A stretch of DNA of 64,000 nt from Candidatus Paceibacter sp. (GCA_020724865.1 DYGA01000001.1:835-64834); one strand, 5' to 3'. Numbered from the stretch's first letter, positions 18,804 through 29,012 are shown. Numbers and translations are program-made. The notes: generated from the sequence alone by a model not told the origin.

Positions 18804-19373
18804 TTATTTTTTATTCATTTTGCCAATCCCAACATATAAAACACTAATTGACCACCAGGGGATAATACCAGTAAAAGGCAATATTTCAAGGACAGGGGCA
18901 ATAAAACCTACGACTTTTTTCTTTCCAGCATTATGCATAAACAAATATGTCCAAAGTAGCCCTCCAACTATAATATCTATAATCCAATCTAACCACCACA
19001 CCGTCTCAAATGAAGCGACGTCAAATACATCTTTTACCCCAGCTGCTATTATCATAAAATACCACATTATGCCTACTTGTAAAAAACCCCCTCCTAAAAA
19101 ATTTACCCCAATATCTTTAGCGCCCTTGGCTATATTTATCGCACCAGCGACTTTATTGCCCGCAGCAATCTGAGCAGCTCCTTTACTTATTTGTCTAGTA
19201 CTTTTACTTAAATCTTTGGCTCTCTTTAAAAGTCCAGCCTGTTCTTGTCCATTAGCGACATTTTGATTATCAATCCTATTTCTAGACAGCATCTCATCCA
19301 TACCTTGAGAACGAGAACTACGAATACGCTGTCTGTTTAATTCACGCTTATAATTATTCTCATTTTCAACCAT
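18804..19373 (-). CDS. Hypothetical polytopic membrane protein
   Basis: ORF track; three or four hydrophobic helices; 1-nt spacing from the upstream gene suggests one operon. Confidence 0.4.
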   Translation of the reverse strand: MVENENNYKRELNRQRIRSSRSQGMDEMLSRNRIDNQNVANGQEQAGLLKRAKDLSKSTRQISKGAAQIAAGNKVAGAINIAKGAKDIGVNFLGGGFLQVGIMWYFMIIAAGVKDVFDVASFETVWWLDWIIDIIVGGLLWTYLFMHNAGKKKVVGFIAPVLEILPFTGIIPWWSISVLYVGIGKMNKK

Positions 19374-19380
19374 AATTAAT

Positions 19381-19968
19381 TTATTTTTTTTCTGGACCGA
19401 TATTAAAATCTGCTACCAACCAAACACCATTATCTTTTACTAACTGTAAGGTAATATCTTGATAAAAAATTCTTTCGTTCCCACCACTAACCTCTCTTTT
19501 TTGCGTCTTAACTAAAACCACTGCTGAATTATTGGTCTGATTTTCAACATTAACTGCTAAAGTTTTCGTACTTAAGGCATAACTTTCTTTCACTTGTTTA
19601 GTGCTAGATCGTAAACTTTGTAAATCAGAATAAATGCTGTTCGTCACTACGCTTTTTATATCATCAATATTTTGCCAAGCGGCACTATCAGAAAAACTGC
19701 CATATCTTTCTACAAAATATCTACTAGTGTTAACTATTGAAGCATAGTCACCTATTTCTTCTTCTGACTTACCAGATATTTGTTGAGATAAAGTATCTTG
19801 AACTTGCTGATCCTGAGTAGAATTCACATCTGATTGTTCAATAATAACTGGGGGCTCACTGGATAAGGGTTGCTCTCTATTTTGCCACCACCACCAACCT
19901 AAAAAACCGCCGACTATCAGTACTAAAACAAACAGTATTATAAGTAATTTTTTTATTCTTGGATTCAT
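19381..19968 (-). CDS. Bitopic membrane protein, candidate VirB8-like component (N-terminal TM plus ~150-aa extracytoplasmic domain)
   Basis: Topology and size fit VirB8/TcpC-like proteins; sits immediately downstream of the VirB4 ATPase gene; no sequence motif confirmed. Confidence 0.3.
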   Translation of the reverse strand: MNPRIKKLLIILFVLVLIVGGFLGWWWWQNREQPLSSEPPVIIEQSDVNSTQDQQVQDTLSQQISGKSEEEIGDYASIVNTSRYFVERYGSFSDSAAWQNIDDIKSVVTNSIYSDLQSLRSSTKQVKESYALSTKTLAVNVENQTNNSAVVLVKTQKREVSGGNERIFYQDITLQLVKDNGVWLVADFNIGPEKK

Positions 19969-19976
19969 ATTTTATA

Positions 19977-20062
19977 AGGATTAGGATTTAGGATATAGGA
20001 TATAGTAGTGGTATATTAATTTATTTTTTTATTCCTCGACCCTAAATCCTATATCCTATGTC
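19977..20062. repeat. Inverted pair of TTAGGAT-type heptad arrays (ggatttaggatataggatatag ... cctaaatcctatatcctatgtcc) forming an imperfect long hairpin between two T4SS-like genes
   Basis: Related arrays at 12269-12312, 21971-22058, 22751-22822, 23273-23310, 23701-23732. Confidence 0.55.
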
Positions 20063-20067
20063 CTAAA

Positions 20068-21960
20068 TTAAATATCCATCTCCTCAGCTTGATTTTGCTG
20101 ACGATTAAACTCCCTTTTTGCTTCTTCGATTTCCAACAACTGCTTGGGGTCGGAAGTAATGAGCTGATCTTCTGTATAGGAAGCGACAATTTTTATAGCT
20201 GCATGCTTGGACCCAGCAAAAAAAATCCCTTCGCCCACGCCGCATTCAAGCAATAGATATTTTTCCCCTTCAGTCAACATAAATGTTTTTTTCACGACAT
20301 CAATGGATGCGGGTGATTGTTTAAGTAACAGCTGCAAAGACGAGTTGGTAACGATTGCCTGACCATAAGGGCTACGTAAAAAATCATTGACATCTTGGGT
20401 TATAGTAGTTACTCCCAAATAATATTTTCGACAACGTTTTACCAAAGCATAGATAAACTTGGCACTATCATCATTTTGCATTAGCCACCAAGCTTCATCA
20501 ATAACCAATATTCTCTTTTTAAGTTCTGATCTTACTATATTCCAAATATAATTAACAATGGTATAAATCGCTATGGGCCTTAATTCATCTTCCAAATCTC
20601 TGACCGAAAAGGTTATCAACTGATTGTTCAAATCAATATTGGTTGGACTATTGAAAAGCCCTGAAAATGTACCTTCTGTATATTTTTTTAAACGCAAAAC
20701 CAAATCATCTCCTCCTTCCATGCCAGATAAAACTTCTTCAAAATCTGACATTAATGGTGTTTCCACGTGAGTCAAATCAGAAGTTGGCGTAATATCTTTT
20801 TTAGCATAAGTTTCAAGTAAGGCACGATCAATAATTGAATCCTCCTGATGGGTAAGATTCCCTAACATCAAACGCATTAACCCCTTCAAGGTAATAACTG
20901 CACTCCGAATAATATCGGCTGGTTTCATATCATCAACCTTACGAGGCAAATCAAATGGATTTATTTTACTGTCACTAGACAAAGAAATATTTATATAAGT
21001 CCCGCCGACAGCATCTGATAAATGTTTGTATTCTTTTTCGGGGTCAATAATAATTACATCGGTTCCCATCATCAAACTGCGTAAAACTTCAAGTTTGATA
21101 GCATAACTTTTACCAGCGCCAGAAGTAGCAAAAACAACCGAATTAGCATTTTGTAAAGAAAATCTATCAAATAAAATCAAACTATTATTATGTCGATTAA
21201 TACCATATAATATTCCTTCATCACTAGTAAGTTCTGAGGATATAAACGGAAAAGACGATGCCACCGGTGAAGAATTCATATTGAAAGAAATCATCAACTC
21301 ATCATTACCCAAGGGTAAGGTGGAATTAAACCCCTGTTCAGCTTGATATAATGTTCTTTTTGTATAAACTAACTTGCTACCAAAAAGCGATTCAATTTTT
21401 TCAGTCAAATTATCAAGTTCTTCTTTGGAATTGGCGTACATAGTTACATACAACGCGTATTGGAAAAACTTTTCTATACCTTGAGTTAAGTCGTCACGCA
21501 ATTTTTCAATATCTTGCAGGGCCGTTTCTCGGATAGGATCACGGGGAGCGCCTTTTTCCGCATCAGCAATCAATTGTGCTTCCAAAACGCCAACTTTATT
21601 TTTCAATTGCTTTAAAACAACCTCAGCTGGAATCGGATAAAAAAACATACCAATATCCATAGTCGCGGAATAATTTATTACTGGCGCAAACCAACCAACT
21701 GAAATATAACGCGGATAATTAATAACAAATATTGTCCGCACAAATTTTGAACCTAACTCCAAATAAGATGGAGTTACTTTAAAAGCAGCCGGAGCAATAA
21801 TATCTCGAATTTTTACCGTACCTTCACGAAATACTTTTTCTGCCTCCAATAGTTGTTTTTCATCCAAAGTTCTTTCCACCTCAATTTCTGCCTGTTCACG
21901 ACGAGAAAGTATCTGTTTAACTGGTCTATTCTTTTGTATGGCTTGTTTGGGATTAAACAT
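20068..21960 (-). CDS. virB4: VirB4/TrbE-family type IV secretion ATPase, C-terminal ATPase portion
   Basis: Walker A VVFATSGAGKSYAIK; Walker B RILVIDEAWWLMQ; overall VirB4/CagE architecture lacking the usual N-terminal domain. Confidence 0.8.
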   Translation of the reverse strand: MFNPKQAIQKNRPVKQILSRREQAEIEVERTLDEKQLLEAEKVFREGTVKIRDIIAPAAFKVTPSYLELGSKFVRTIFVINYPRYISVGWFAPVINYSATMDIGMFFYPIPAEVVLKQLKNKVGVLEAQLIADAEKGAPRDPIRETALQDIEKLRDDLTQGIEKFFQYALYVTMYANSKEELDNLTEKIESLFGSKLVYTKRTLYQAEQGFNSTLPLGNDELMISFNMNSSPVASSFPFISSELTSDEGILYGINRHNNSLILFDRFSLQNANSVVFATSGAGKSYAIKLEVLRSLMMGTDVIIIDPEKEYKHLSDAVGGTYINISLSSDSKINPFDLPRKVDDMKPADIIRSAVITLKGLMRLMLGNLTHQEDSIIDRALLETYAKKDITPTSDLTHVETPLMSDFEEVLSGMEGGDDLVLRLKKYTEGTFSGLFNSPTNIDLNNQLITFSVRDLEDELRPIAIYTIVNYIWNIVRSELKKRILVIDEAWWLMQNDDSAKFIYALVKRCRKYYLGVTTITQDVNDFLRSPYGQAIVTNSSLQLLLKQSPASIDVVKKTFMLTEGEKYLLLECGVGEGIFFAGSKHAAIKIVASYTEDQLITSDPKQLLEIEEAKREFNRQQNQAEEMDI

Positions 21961-22068
21961 AGAAATTAAAATATAGAATCTAGAATTTAAGATATAGGGA
22001 TTAGGATAAAATAATTTTATAATTTATAATTTTCAAACTATATCCTAAACTCTCTATTGTAAATACTG

Positions 22069-22746
22069 TTAACTGGTTCTTAATTTATTAACATCAACTA
22101 ATTTTTGCTGTTCATAAACATCTAAATTGTAAGTATTATAATACAATTCTATCAAACTTTGAGTATCCAATTTAACTGAGGTCAATCCAATGCTGGCTAA
22201 ATTGGACATCACAAAATCAACTCGTTTTTCCAACAATTCTAAATATTGTTCATACTTTTTCTTTTGCAAAGAGATTACCCGAGCCGGAGAGAAAATCGCG
22301 GAAAATCTTTTTATAAAACTTGGTTTTTCAACATTTATTCCTCCATAAGGCACCACCACATAGAAACGTTTGCTCATAATTTCCCCCAATTCAACCAACT
22401 CTTTGACATACTCACGATAATCACTAATTTGAGCGCGCAATAATTCATTGGTCAACATCCGTTCGCGCTGTGCTAACTGCTCCAAATAAAAATCTATATT
22501 CAATTTGCGAGATTGAATAACAATTTGCAAAGGAAAATCTAGAGCATTCAAAAAACTAACATACGCTGCAATGGTAGCATTCTGTTCATCTTCTGATTTT
22601 AAAGCAAAATTGATTGAAGAAACCAACAATACCGCCCGTAAAGTGCCGTCTTTCAAAACAACTGAATCATTTTTAATCTCAGCAATATCTAAATACTGCT
22701 GAGTTGAAATAAGAACTTTTTTATTGGCTAATTTTTTTGATTTCAT
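22069..22746 (-). CDS. VirB4 N-terminal-domain-like protein (probable split-off N-terminal part of VirB4)
   Basis: VVLKDGTLRAVLLVSSINFALKSEDEQNATIAAYVSFLNALDFPLQIVIQS resembles the conserved start of VirB4/TrbE (..kdGsl...f.l.G.d....deel...); encoded directly upstream of the ATPase portion. Confidence 0.45.
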   Translation of the reverse strand: MKSKKLANKKVLISTQQYLDIAEIKNDSVVLKDGTLRAVLLVSSINFALKSEDEQNATIAAYVSFLNALDFPLQIVIQSRKLNIDFYLEQLAQRERMLTNELLRAQISDYREYVKELVELGEIMSKRFYVVVPYGGINVEKPSFIKRFSAIFSPARVISLQKKKYEQYLELLEKRVDFVMSNLASIGLTSVKLDTQSLIELYYNTYNLDVYEQQKLVDVNKLRTS

Positions 22747-22750
22747 TTGA

Positions 22751-22822
22751 TTGGGATTTAGGATTTAGTATTTAGGATTGTAAACTTAACCATTCATCCT
22801 AACTCCTAGCTCCTAACTAATA
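22751..22822. repeat. Inverted TTAGGAT/TTAGGAG heptad arrays (gggatttaggatttagtatttaggatt ... atcctaactcctagctcctaact)
   Basis: Direct reading; same family as 19977-20062. Confidence 0.5.
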
Positions 22823-23269
22823 ATTTTCTCCTTTATAATATCCACCAGTATTGACAATCAATGACAACTCGGCCAATCTGGTGGTTGATAATTGTTTATT
22901 GGTTGGACTAACCAATTTTACTGTATTTAGTAAATCATCTTCTTTCTTTTCTATATCCACATCTTTATCTTTGGAAGAAACTGGGGAATTATCTTTGGCC
23001 CAGATTCGTAAAGATGGTCTCATAATTGTTTGAATGACATTCAGTAAAAAAATATGAAAAGGAGCACCATTAACTTTCAAAAATCCGAAAGCTGCTCCCA
23101 GGGCAACCGTAAAAATCGAAGCAAGTAAAAATCCAGAAAAATCTAAAGTTTTAAAATAGGTGAACAATGCCCCCATAACCACAATCATGATCACAAACTG
23201 ACGAACAGTTATAGGACCTAAGATTTTACTCTCAACATCAATGAATTGTGGCACTAAGAATTGTTGCAT
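22817..23269 (-). CDS. Small two-TM membrane protein, candidate VirB3/PrgI-like
   Basis: 150 aa with two hydrophobic helices (VIMIVVMGALFTYF, LLASIFTVALGAAFGFL) encoded just upstream of the VirB4 pieces, as VirB3-like proteins usually are. Confidence 0.3.
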   Translation of the reverse strand: MQQFLVPQFIDVESKILGPITVRQFVIMIVVMGALFTYFKTLDFSGFLLASIFTVALGAAFGFLKVNGAPFHIFLLNVIQTIMRPSLRIWAKDNSPVSSKDKDVDIEKKEDDLLNTVKLVSPTNKQLSTTRLAELSLIVNTGGYYKGENY

Positions 23270-23316
23270 AAAGTTAGGATATAGGATCTAGGATTTGGGA
23301 TTAGGGATAAAGTGAT

Positions 23317-23670
23317 TTATTTTGATTTTAATTTTTGAATTAAAACGTTTAACATTTTTTGTACTTCTACCAATAAATTTTCAACTTTTTTATAATTTAA
23401 ATTTCTATATATATTTTTTGAAATAATTATTTGTGTTTCCAGCTCAGCTGCAGACCCACTTGCTATACTTAAAAAATTAACATACTCTATTCTTCCTTTT
23501 CATTGATAACCTTCAGCAATATTTGAAGGGATAGAAATAACAGCTCTTCTCATTTGATTTATTAATCCAAATAACTCATGTTTAGGATATCTCTCTGTCA
23601 ATTTATAAATTTCAACCACCAGTTCAATAGATTTCTGCCATACTATTAACTCTTTATATGATTTTAACAT
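23317..23670 (-). pseudogene. Four-helix-bundle protein family gene (23S rRNA intervening-sequence protein type) interrupted by one in-frame TGA
   Basis: Minus-strand translation MLKSYKELIVWQKSIELVVEIYKLTERYPKHELFGLINQMRRAVISIPSNIAEGYQ*KGRIEYVNFLSIASGSAAELETQIIISKNIYRNLNYKKVENLLVEVQKMLNVLIQKLKSK; TGA at 23500-23502 in the conserved AEGYGRRS.EF..FL region. Confidence 0.5.
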
Positions 23671-23724
23671 CTTATTATATTTATAAAAAACTTTTTCTAT
23701 ATCCTAACTCCTATTTCCTAAATC

Positions 23725-24900
23725 CTAATATCTCAACTCTTGGTTTAAATCTGATATTTTTTCAAATTCCTGCACTGTTAATGTTTCCTGATCCAATTGT
23801 TGCCTTTCCATAATTACCTGACTAACTGATTTGCCCTGCTCCATACTTTGTCTGCCGATTTCCAAATATAAATTATACAGAGGTGATTGACGCCAAGCTT
23901 TTATTCCTTCTACTTTCTTACTAAATGATTCTTCTTCCAAGGCATCAATTTTATCTTTAATACGACTGATATTATCTAAAGCATTTGTACCAATCCTATG
24001 CAATTCAGCCAAACTCATATATTTTAACTCTTCAATTGGCCCCCTTACTCTTTCCATTGGCCTAACATCACTTACCCTAGGTTTAATATCTGTAGAAATA
24101 GGCCGTTTTGGACGTTGGATTATAGGTTCTTCTGGTTCAGATTTTATCTCTGGTTCTTTAAATTGTGGCACTTGAGTAAATTCTGGTTTAATTTGTGCTA
24201 AATTTTCGGCAAAATTATCATGTAAATTAGCTGAAGAAGGTTGATCAAATTGATAAGCATCATCTGATTGGCTAATTATATCATCAAGCTCTGATTTGGA
24301 AGGTAAAAAGTATTGACCAGATTCAATTTTTTCCATTTTTTCAGACAATAATGACATTAAAACATCTGCCTCAGAATCACTTAAACCAGCGCCCCCTTCG
24401 GCCATTGCCCGAGTTAATATGTCTCTAGTTTCAGCTTGTTCTCTAACATGTTTAAGTCTAGCTAAAATAATATTTTTTACTTTTGTTCTATTATTCTCAC
24501 TAGCAAAACGAATACCGCTCAAGGCAATTATTTCTTCAGCTACTGGATTAAGGTCAACTTTATCATCCAATCCTTTTTCGGAAACTATTTTATTTATTTC
24601 CTCCTCATCTTCAGGATGAAAATAAAAAGCTGCACCAGTTTGTTTTTGCCAGATGGCTGGGGTGGGCGGCATTAACTGCTCGGCTAATTTTTCTTTACTG
24701 ACCAATCCGTCTTTTGTAAATGATTCAGTTGTCGGTTGGACGGCTTTTTTTTCTACCACTTTAAAACCAGCTGGTAAATCTTCCAATTTACCCCCAATCA
24801 AAATTCGAAAATTTCCCTGTTCATCTTTGACAACTATTTCATCAGATACATCTAAATCCAGCTTCTCGTCAGTTAAATTTTTGTTTAATATTTCATCCAT
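23725..24900 (-). CDS. Hypothetical acidic cytoplasmic protein within the T4SS-like locus
   Basis: ORF track; no TM; no recognizable motif. Confidence 0.4.
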   Translation of the reverse strand: MDEILNKNLTDEKLDLDVSDEIVVKDEQGNFRILIGGKLEDLPAGFKVVEKKAVQPTTESFTKDGLVSKEKLAEQLMPPTPAIWQKQTGAAFYFHPEDEEEINKIVSEKGLDDKVDLNPVAEEIIALSGIRFASENNRTKVKNIILARLKHVREQAETRDILTRAMAEGGAGLSDSEADVLMSLLSEKMEKIESGQYFLPSKSELDDIISQSDDAYQFDQPSSANLHDNFAENLAQIKPEFTQVPQFKEPEIKSEPEEPIIQRPKRPISTDIKPRVSDVRPMERVRGPIEELKYMSLAELHRIGTNALDNISRIKDKIDALEEESFSKKVEGIKAWRQSPLYNLYLEIGRQSMEQGKSVSQVIMERQQLDQETLTVQEFEKISDLNQELRY

Positions 24901-25037
24901 ACTAGTTATTATAGCAGATAAACAATAAAAATTATTAATATTAAATTATAAATTAGAAATCAATAATTTTAATTTTTTAATTTAATAATTTTACAATTCA
25001 TTTAAAATTTAAAATTGATAATTTATAATTTGGAATT

Positions 25038-26360
25038 TTAATCTGCCAATTCCAATCTGTCGTCTTTTTCTAAAATTATTTTCCATTTAAACTCTCCAGT
25101 TTTTAAATCACCATAAGCTATCGGTAAATATTGTTTATCGCCAGCCCGCTTTAACTCGTTGACCAATTTTATCGCCAGTACCGCTGATTCACCATCGTCA
25201 AGTTTTAAAATATCTTTTAAAATATGTTGTAAGAAATATGACAGATAAACTGGTTCCAGCAAATTATTGGCAAAATGATCGGCAATTTTTTTGGAAAACT
25301 TTTTGTTTAAATGCTGTATAAATATTTCTTTAATTTTTACATCTTGTTCAAAAATTTCATCTAACTTTCCTTTTTTGGCAAAAACAAATAAATACAAATA
25401 TATATTATCTTTATCTTTTGAATTTATTGCTTGATGAAAACTTTCAAATAATTCCTTATTCGACTTTTTTAATAAATTATCCGCTTGGTTTATAATTTTA
25501 TCTATAAACTTTTGATAATTTATATATTTTTGTAGAATTTTTTCTTTGTTATCAATATCTGGTTCTGCTGTTGGGGTAATGTTTTCTGTAGAAAAATAAA
25601 CTGCTTTTTCTTTATATACTTTTGGAATGGGGATTAATCTAAATTCTTCAAAAGGTATATTTTTTTCTAAATAAACATCAGGAAAAAATTTTAAATTTCT
25701 AAATATCTTAATTAATGTCTCAACATCTTTCTTTTCTTGAGGAGAAAGATTTTTTACTTCTTTTACTTCAGTTAAAAAGCTGGCCAAAGTAAAATCATTG
25801 AACTCTTTTAAACCATATAGGGAAATAAATAATTTTAACCAATTTGCCACTGTTCCAGGAACTTTTTTATTTTCCAATTCTAAATTTGTTTTGGTAAAAA
25901 TAGTTTTATTGTTATATAAATAATTTAAAAGTTCCTCATTGAAATTTACATCATACAAAATTACATAAAGAAATTTTTCATTTATCTCTATCAACAAATC
26001 TACGCTCTGATTTAATAATTTTCTAATTTCTCCAGTAAAAAAATTTTTCAAATCTTCTTTATAAATTTTATTTTTATCAAGATCACTTACCAACAACAAG
26101 CTGAAAACATCACTGACTAAATCTTGTTTTACTTTGACAGCGATACTTTCTGCCAAATTAAACTTTTTCATAATATATTCTGGTATGTCACTTATATCCA
26201 GTTCTCCAATGGCCACCAAAATAACAACAAACTTTAAATCAATCTGATATTTCAACTCCAAAGATTGCAACGCTTGAACCGCATCTTCACCACCTAAAGC
26301 ATCCTGAACATCGCTAGGTAGTTGATAAAATTTAATTATACAATTTTCGATATAACTCAT
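25038..26360 (-). CDS. Hypothetical cytoplasmic protein within the T4SS-like locus
   Basis: ORF track; Lys/Glu-rich; no recognizable motif. Confidence 0.4.
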   Translation of the reverse strand: MSYIENCIIKFYQLPSDVQDALGGEDAVQALQSLELKYQIDLKFVVILVAIGELDISDIPEYIMKKFNLAESIAVKVKQDLVSDVFSLLLVSDLDKNKIYKEDLKNFFTGEIRKLLNQSVDLLIEINEKFLYVILYDVNFNEELLNYLYNNKTIFTKTNLELENKKVPGTVANWLKLFISLYGLKEFNDFTLASFLTEVKEVKNLSPQEKKDVETLIKIFRNLKFFPDVYLEKNIPFEEFRLIPIPKVYKEKAVYFSTENITPTAEPDIDNKEKILQKYINYQKFIDKIINQADNLLKKSNKELFESFHQAINSKDKDNIYLYLFVFAKKGKLDEIFEQDVKIKEIFIQHLNKKFSKKIADHFANNLLEPVYLSYFLQHILKDILKLDDGESAVLAIKLVNELKRAGDKQYLPIAYGDLKTGEFKWKIILEKDDRLELAD

Positions 26361-26426
26361 AACTCAAATAGATTATTTTTGTTTTATTATTTTAATTAAA
26401 TATTACCAGCCAATATAACATTGTTT

Positions 26427-28895
26427 TTAAAAATGTTCTTCGGGACTTTCACTGCTATTTGGCGGAATTTTTGCTTCTTTGCCGTAACTTATTAATAAAT
26501 CATGAATAAGTGGAATAGTTTTATTTTGGGTATCAATACTCCTTTTAATATCATTTAATACGGAAACTAGGCTTTGATTGGTTGCTTCATCTGACAGTAT
26601 TTGATTAACTGTTTTTGTTTTATCTGAAGAAATTTTTTCTTTAACCAGCTCTTCAATTTTATCTTCTTGTTTATTTTCTAATACAGATTTGACTAACTGC
26701 TCTACTTCTGCCTCATCAGTTAGACCATAACCATGAATCTTCTCACGTATAGTTGCTTCTTTAAAATCACTTTCACTATATCCGCGACTACTAGAATTGA
26801 CTAGGTTTAAATTTTTTAAATTTTTTGAATCTTTTAAACGCTCTTTGGCTTTTTCTAAATTTTTTATTTCATTTTCCTTTCCGCCTTTGGTTTTTAACTC
26901 TTTAATCTGACCATCCAATAATTGAACTAAAGCTTTCGCAACATCTTTTAAATCATTTTTATTTTGAATACTTATACTTTTAACTTTACTGGGGTCGCCA
27001 GTTTTACCTTTCAATAAATCCAATTTTTCAAAATTTTTATTATCAAAATCAACTGCTAAAACATTTGCTTTTTCACTGGCAAAATCATCTACTTCTAAAT
27101 TTCCAGGTCCCTTTTTCAAATCCAATTCTTCTTTTGCAACATCACGATAATGATTTAGATGGTTTCCGGTTCTTGACATTCTATCTAGATCTGCTGGTAA
27201 AATTGCTCGACCAAACACAGGATCGCCTGGTTTATTCAAATCACCAGCTAAAATTTTTCCGTTTTCATCAATACCGGCAATTTTAATGTCATTAAAACCA
27301 GAATAATGGGCTCCCGAATTGTATAATCCCCTGCGATATCTATTTCTTGACAATGCATCTTCATGCTTAGTTCCTCTTAAATCAATACCGCTGTTACCAA
27401 GATTATAAATTTCTTCATCGCTTAATCTGGCAAAATCATCAGCGTCCATTTTGGCTAAATATTCTCTAGCTAAAGTTTTATCCTTTATTAAAGAGGGTGC
27501 TTTTCTTCTCATCACATCTCTACGTACAGAAGGTATTTTACTGTTGACAAAACGCTGTAATATACGAGGGTCATTAATCGAGCCATAAATATCGTTGACT
27601 TTTTTTCTATCAGCCGCTCTTTTATTTTCTGCCATAGCTAGAGCTTTTGTTGCTAAAGTATTTAGACCAATAATCTTTGATCCTCCAATAGCACCCAAAA
27701 CATTTCTTACTCCTTCACTGCGGCTCAAATAGCCACCCAATTGTCCAGCTGCTTTACCTGGCGCTTCTTTCGTTTTTTTCACAGCCCAACCAACTGCGGC
27801 TGCGCCCGTACCAAGCATAGCTGCCCGCGTTCCCCATTTTTGTACTTTTTGAGCAAAATTACCTACTGCTCCACCAGATTGAGCGGCAATTTTTTGTGAA
27901 ATTGCTAGCCCTCCCAATAGTAATGCCAATACTACTATATAATTTAAAATTACACTTTGATCTACATTGGACGGAATAATTTGAGACATTTGACTTTTTA
28001 ACTCCCCGGTTCCTTGAGAAGAAAATTTATTTGCTATATCGCCTTGCTGCATAGTGAGTAAAGCTAACCACAAAAAGAAAGCTATTACGGGACCAGAAAT
28101 AAGATGTTGGAAAAACATTTGCCACCATTGCGACCAATAATTTGGTTTAAAGGCATAAGCCAAATATGCCAATGGCGAAATAATTACCAATACCCAAAGC
28201 ATAGTAATACGCCACATCAAAACAGCAATCATCACCAATATCACCATATCAGCTACCAATATCATCACAACTGCCAAAGCTGCTGCTACGACTAAACCTT
28301 CTTGAAAACCTGAAACGTCAGACGCCCATACTCCCTGTGAAAGCATTTCATAGATACCTAAACCTTGTGCTAAATTTCCACCTGCTACGTCTTTAAAACC
28401 ATTAACAAAGGTCAACATAATTACTTGAAAAAAATCTATCAAAAACCCGGCGATGAGTTTAGAAAAATTTACCAAAATTGCCATGATTAACAACTTGGTA
28501 AGTGTTTTTTGATAATGATATGAGCTTATTTTAAGAACAGTAGAAAAAGCAATTATCAACAGAACCACAATAAAGAACATATTAGCTATATCCCGAGCCA
28601 AACCCCAACCAGTAGCAACCATCGGCATATCAATAAAATTATTGAATTTAGCTAATTCAATCATTATGCCCACAAAAAATACAAATAAAACTCCTAAAAA
28701 TCTTACTACTAATAAAAATATTGCTGTTAACAAATCACTAGCAAATTTTAAAGGGTCAGAAAAACCCTCCCAAATAGCACTAAAGACACTTGCTGAAACA
28801 TAATTGGTAATAAAAAATACACCCACTACGACAAATAGAAAAGTAAAAAGTAAATTGGTTTTGTTTTGTATCAATTGCCTAATTTTTTTTGGCAT
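26427..28895 (-). CDS. VirB6/TrbL-like polytopic membrane protein with long hydrophilic C-terminal tail
   Basis: ~350-aa N-terminal region with 6 or more TM helices rich in Trp/Gly/Ala, as in TrbL/VirB6; then a ~450-aa charged, coiled-coil-prone extension as in Gram-positive VirB6 homologs. Confidence 0.5.
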   Translation of the reverse strand: MPKKIRQLIQNKTNLLFTFLFVVVGVFFITNYVSASVFSAIWEGFSDPLKFASDLLTAIFLLVVRFLGVLFVFFVGIMIELAKFNNFIDMPMVATGWGLARDIANMFFIVVLLIIAFSTVLKISSYHYQKTLTKLLIMAILVNFSKLIAGFLIDFFQVIMLTFVNGFKDVAGGNLAQGLGIYEMLSQGVWASDVSGFQEGLVVAAALAVVMILVADMVILVMIAVLMWRITMLWVLVIISPLAYLAYAFKPNYWSQWWQMFFQHLISGPVIAFFLWLALLTMQQGDIANKFSSQGTGELKSQMSQIIPSNVDQSVILNYIVVLALLLGGLAISQKIAAQSGGAVGNFAQKVQKWGTRAAMLGTGAAAVGWAVKKTKEAPGKAAGQLGGYLSRSEGVRNVLGAIGGSKIIGLNTLATKALAMAENKRAADRKKVNDIYGSINDPRILQRFVNSKIPSVRRDVMRRKAPSLIKDKTLAREYLAKMDADDFARLSDEEIYNLGNSGIDLRGTKHEDALSRNRYRRGLYNSGAHYSGFNDIKIAGIDENGKILAGDLNKPGDPVFGRAILPADLDRMSRTGNHLNHYRDVAKEELDLKKGPGNLEVDDFASEKANVLAVDFDNKNFEKLDLLKGKTGDPSKVKSISIQNKNDLKDVAKALVQLLDGQIKELKTKGGKENEIKNLEKAKERLKDSKNLKNLNLVNSSSRGYSESDFKEATIREKIHGYGLTDEAEVEQLVKSVLENKQEDKIEELVKEKISSDKTKTVNQILSDEATNQSLVSVLNDIKRSIDTQNKTIPLIHDLLISYGKEAKIPPNSSESPEEHF

Positions 28896-28949
28896 GAAAA
28901 TAATAAATTAACATATAATTCATTTTAAATTATACCATAAAAACCTATA

Positions 28950-28990
28950 AATACAAAACAGATAAAAATTTTAATTTTTATCTGTTTTTT
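28950..28990. terminator. Bidirectional intrinsic terminator (stem AACAGATAAAAATT/AATTTTTATCTGTT) downstream of the giant gene
   Basis: aaacagataaaaattttaatttttatctgttttttta. Confidence 0.55.
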
Positions 28991-29012
28991 TATAACTTTT
29001 AATTAATTTTAT

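Noticed and set aside
19381-19968. Confident VirB8 assignment for the 195-aa bitopic protein
   Set aside because: Only topology and position support it; no sequence motif recognized, so kept as a low-confidence candidate
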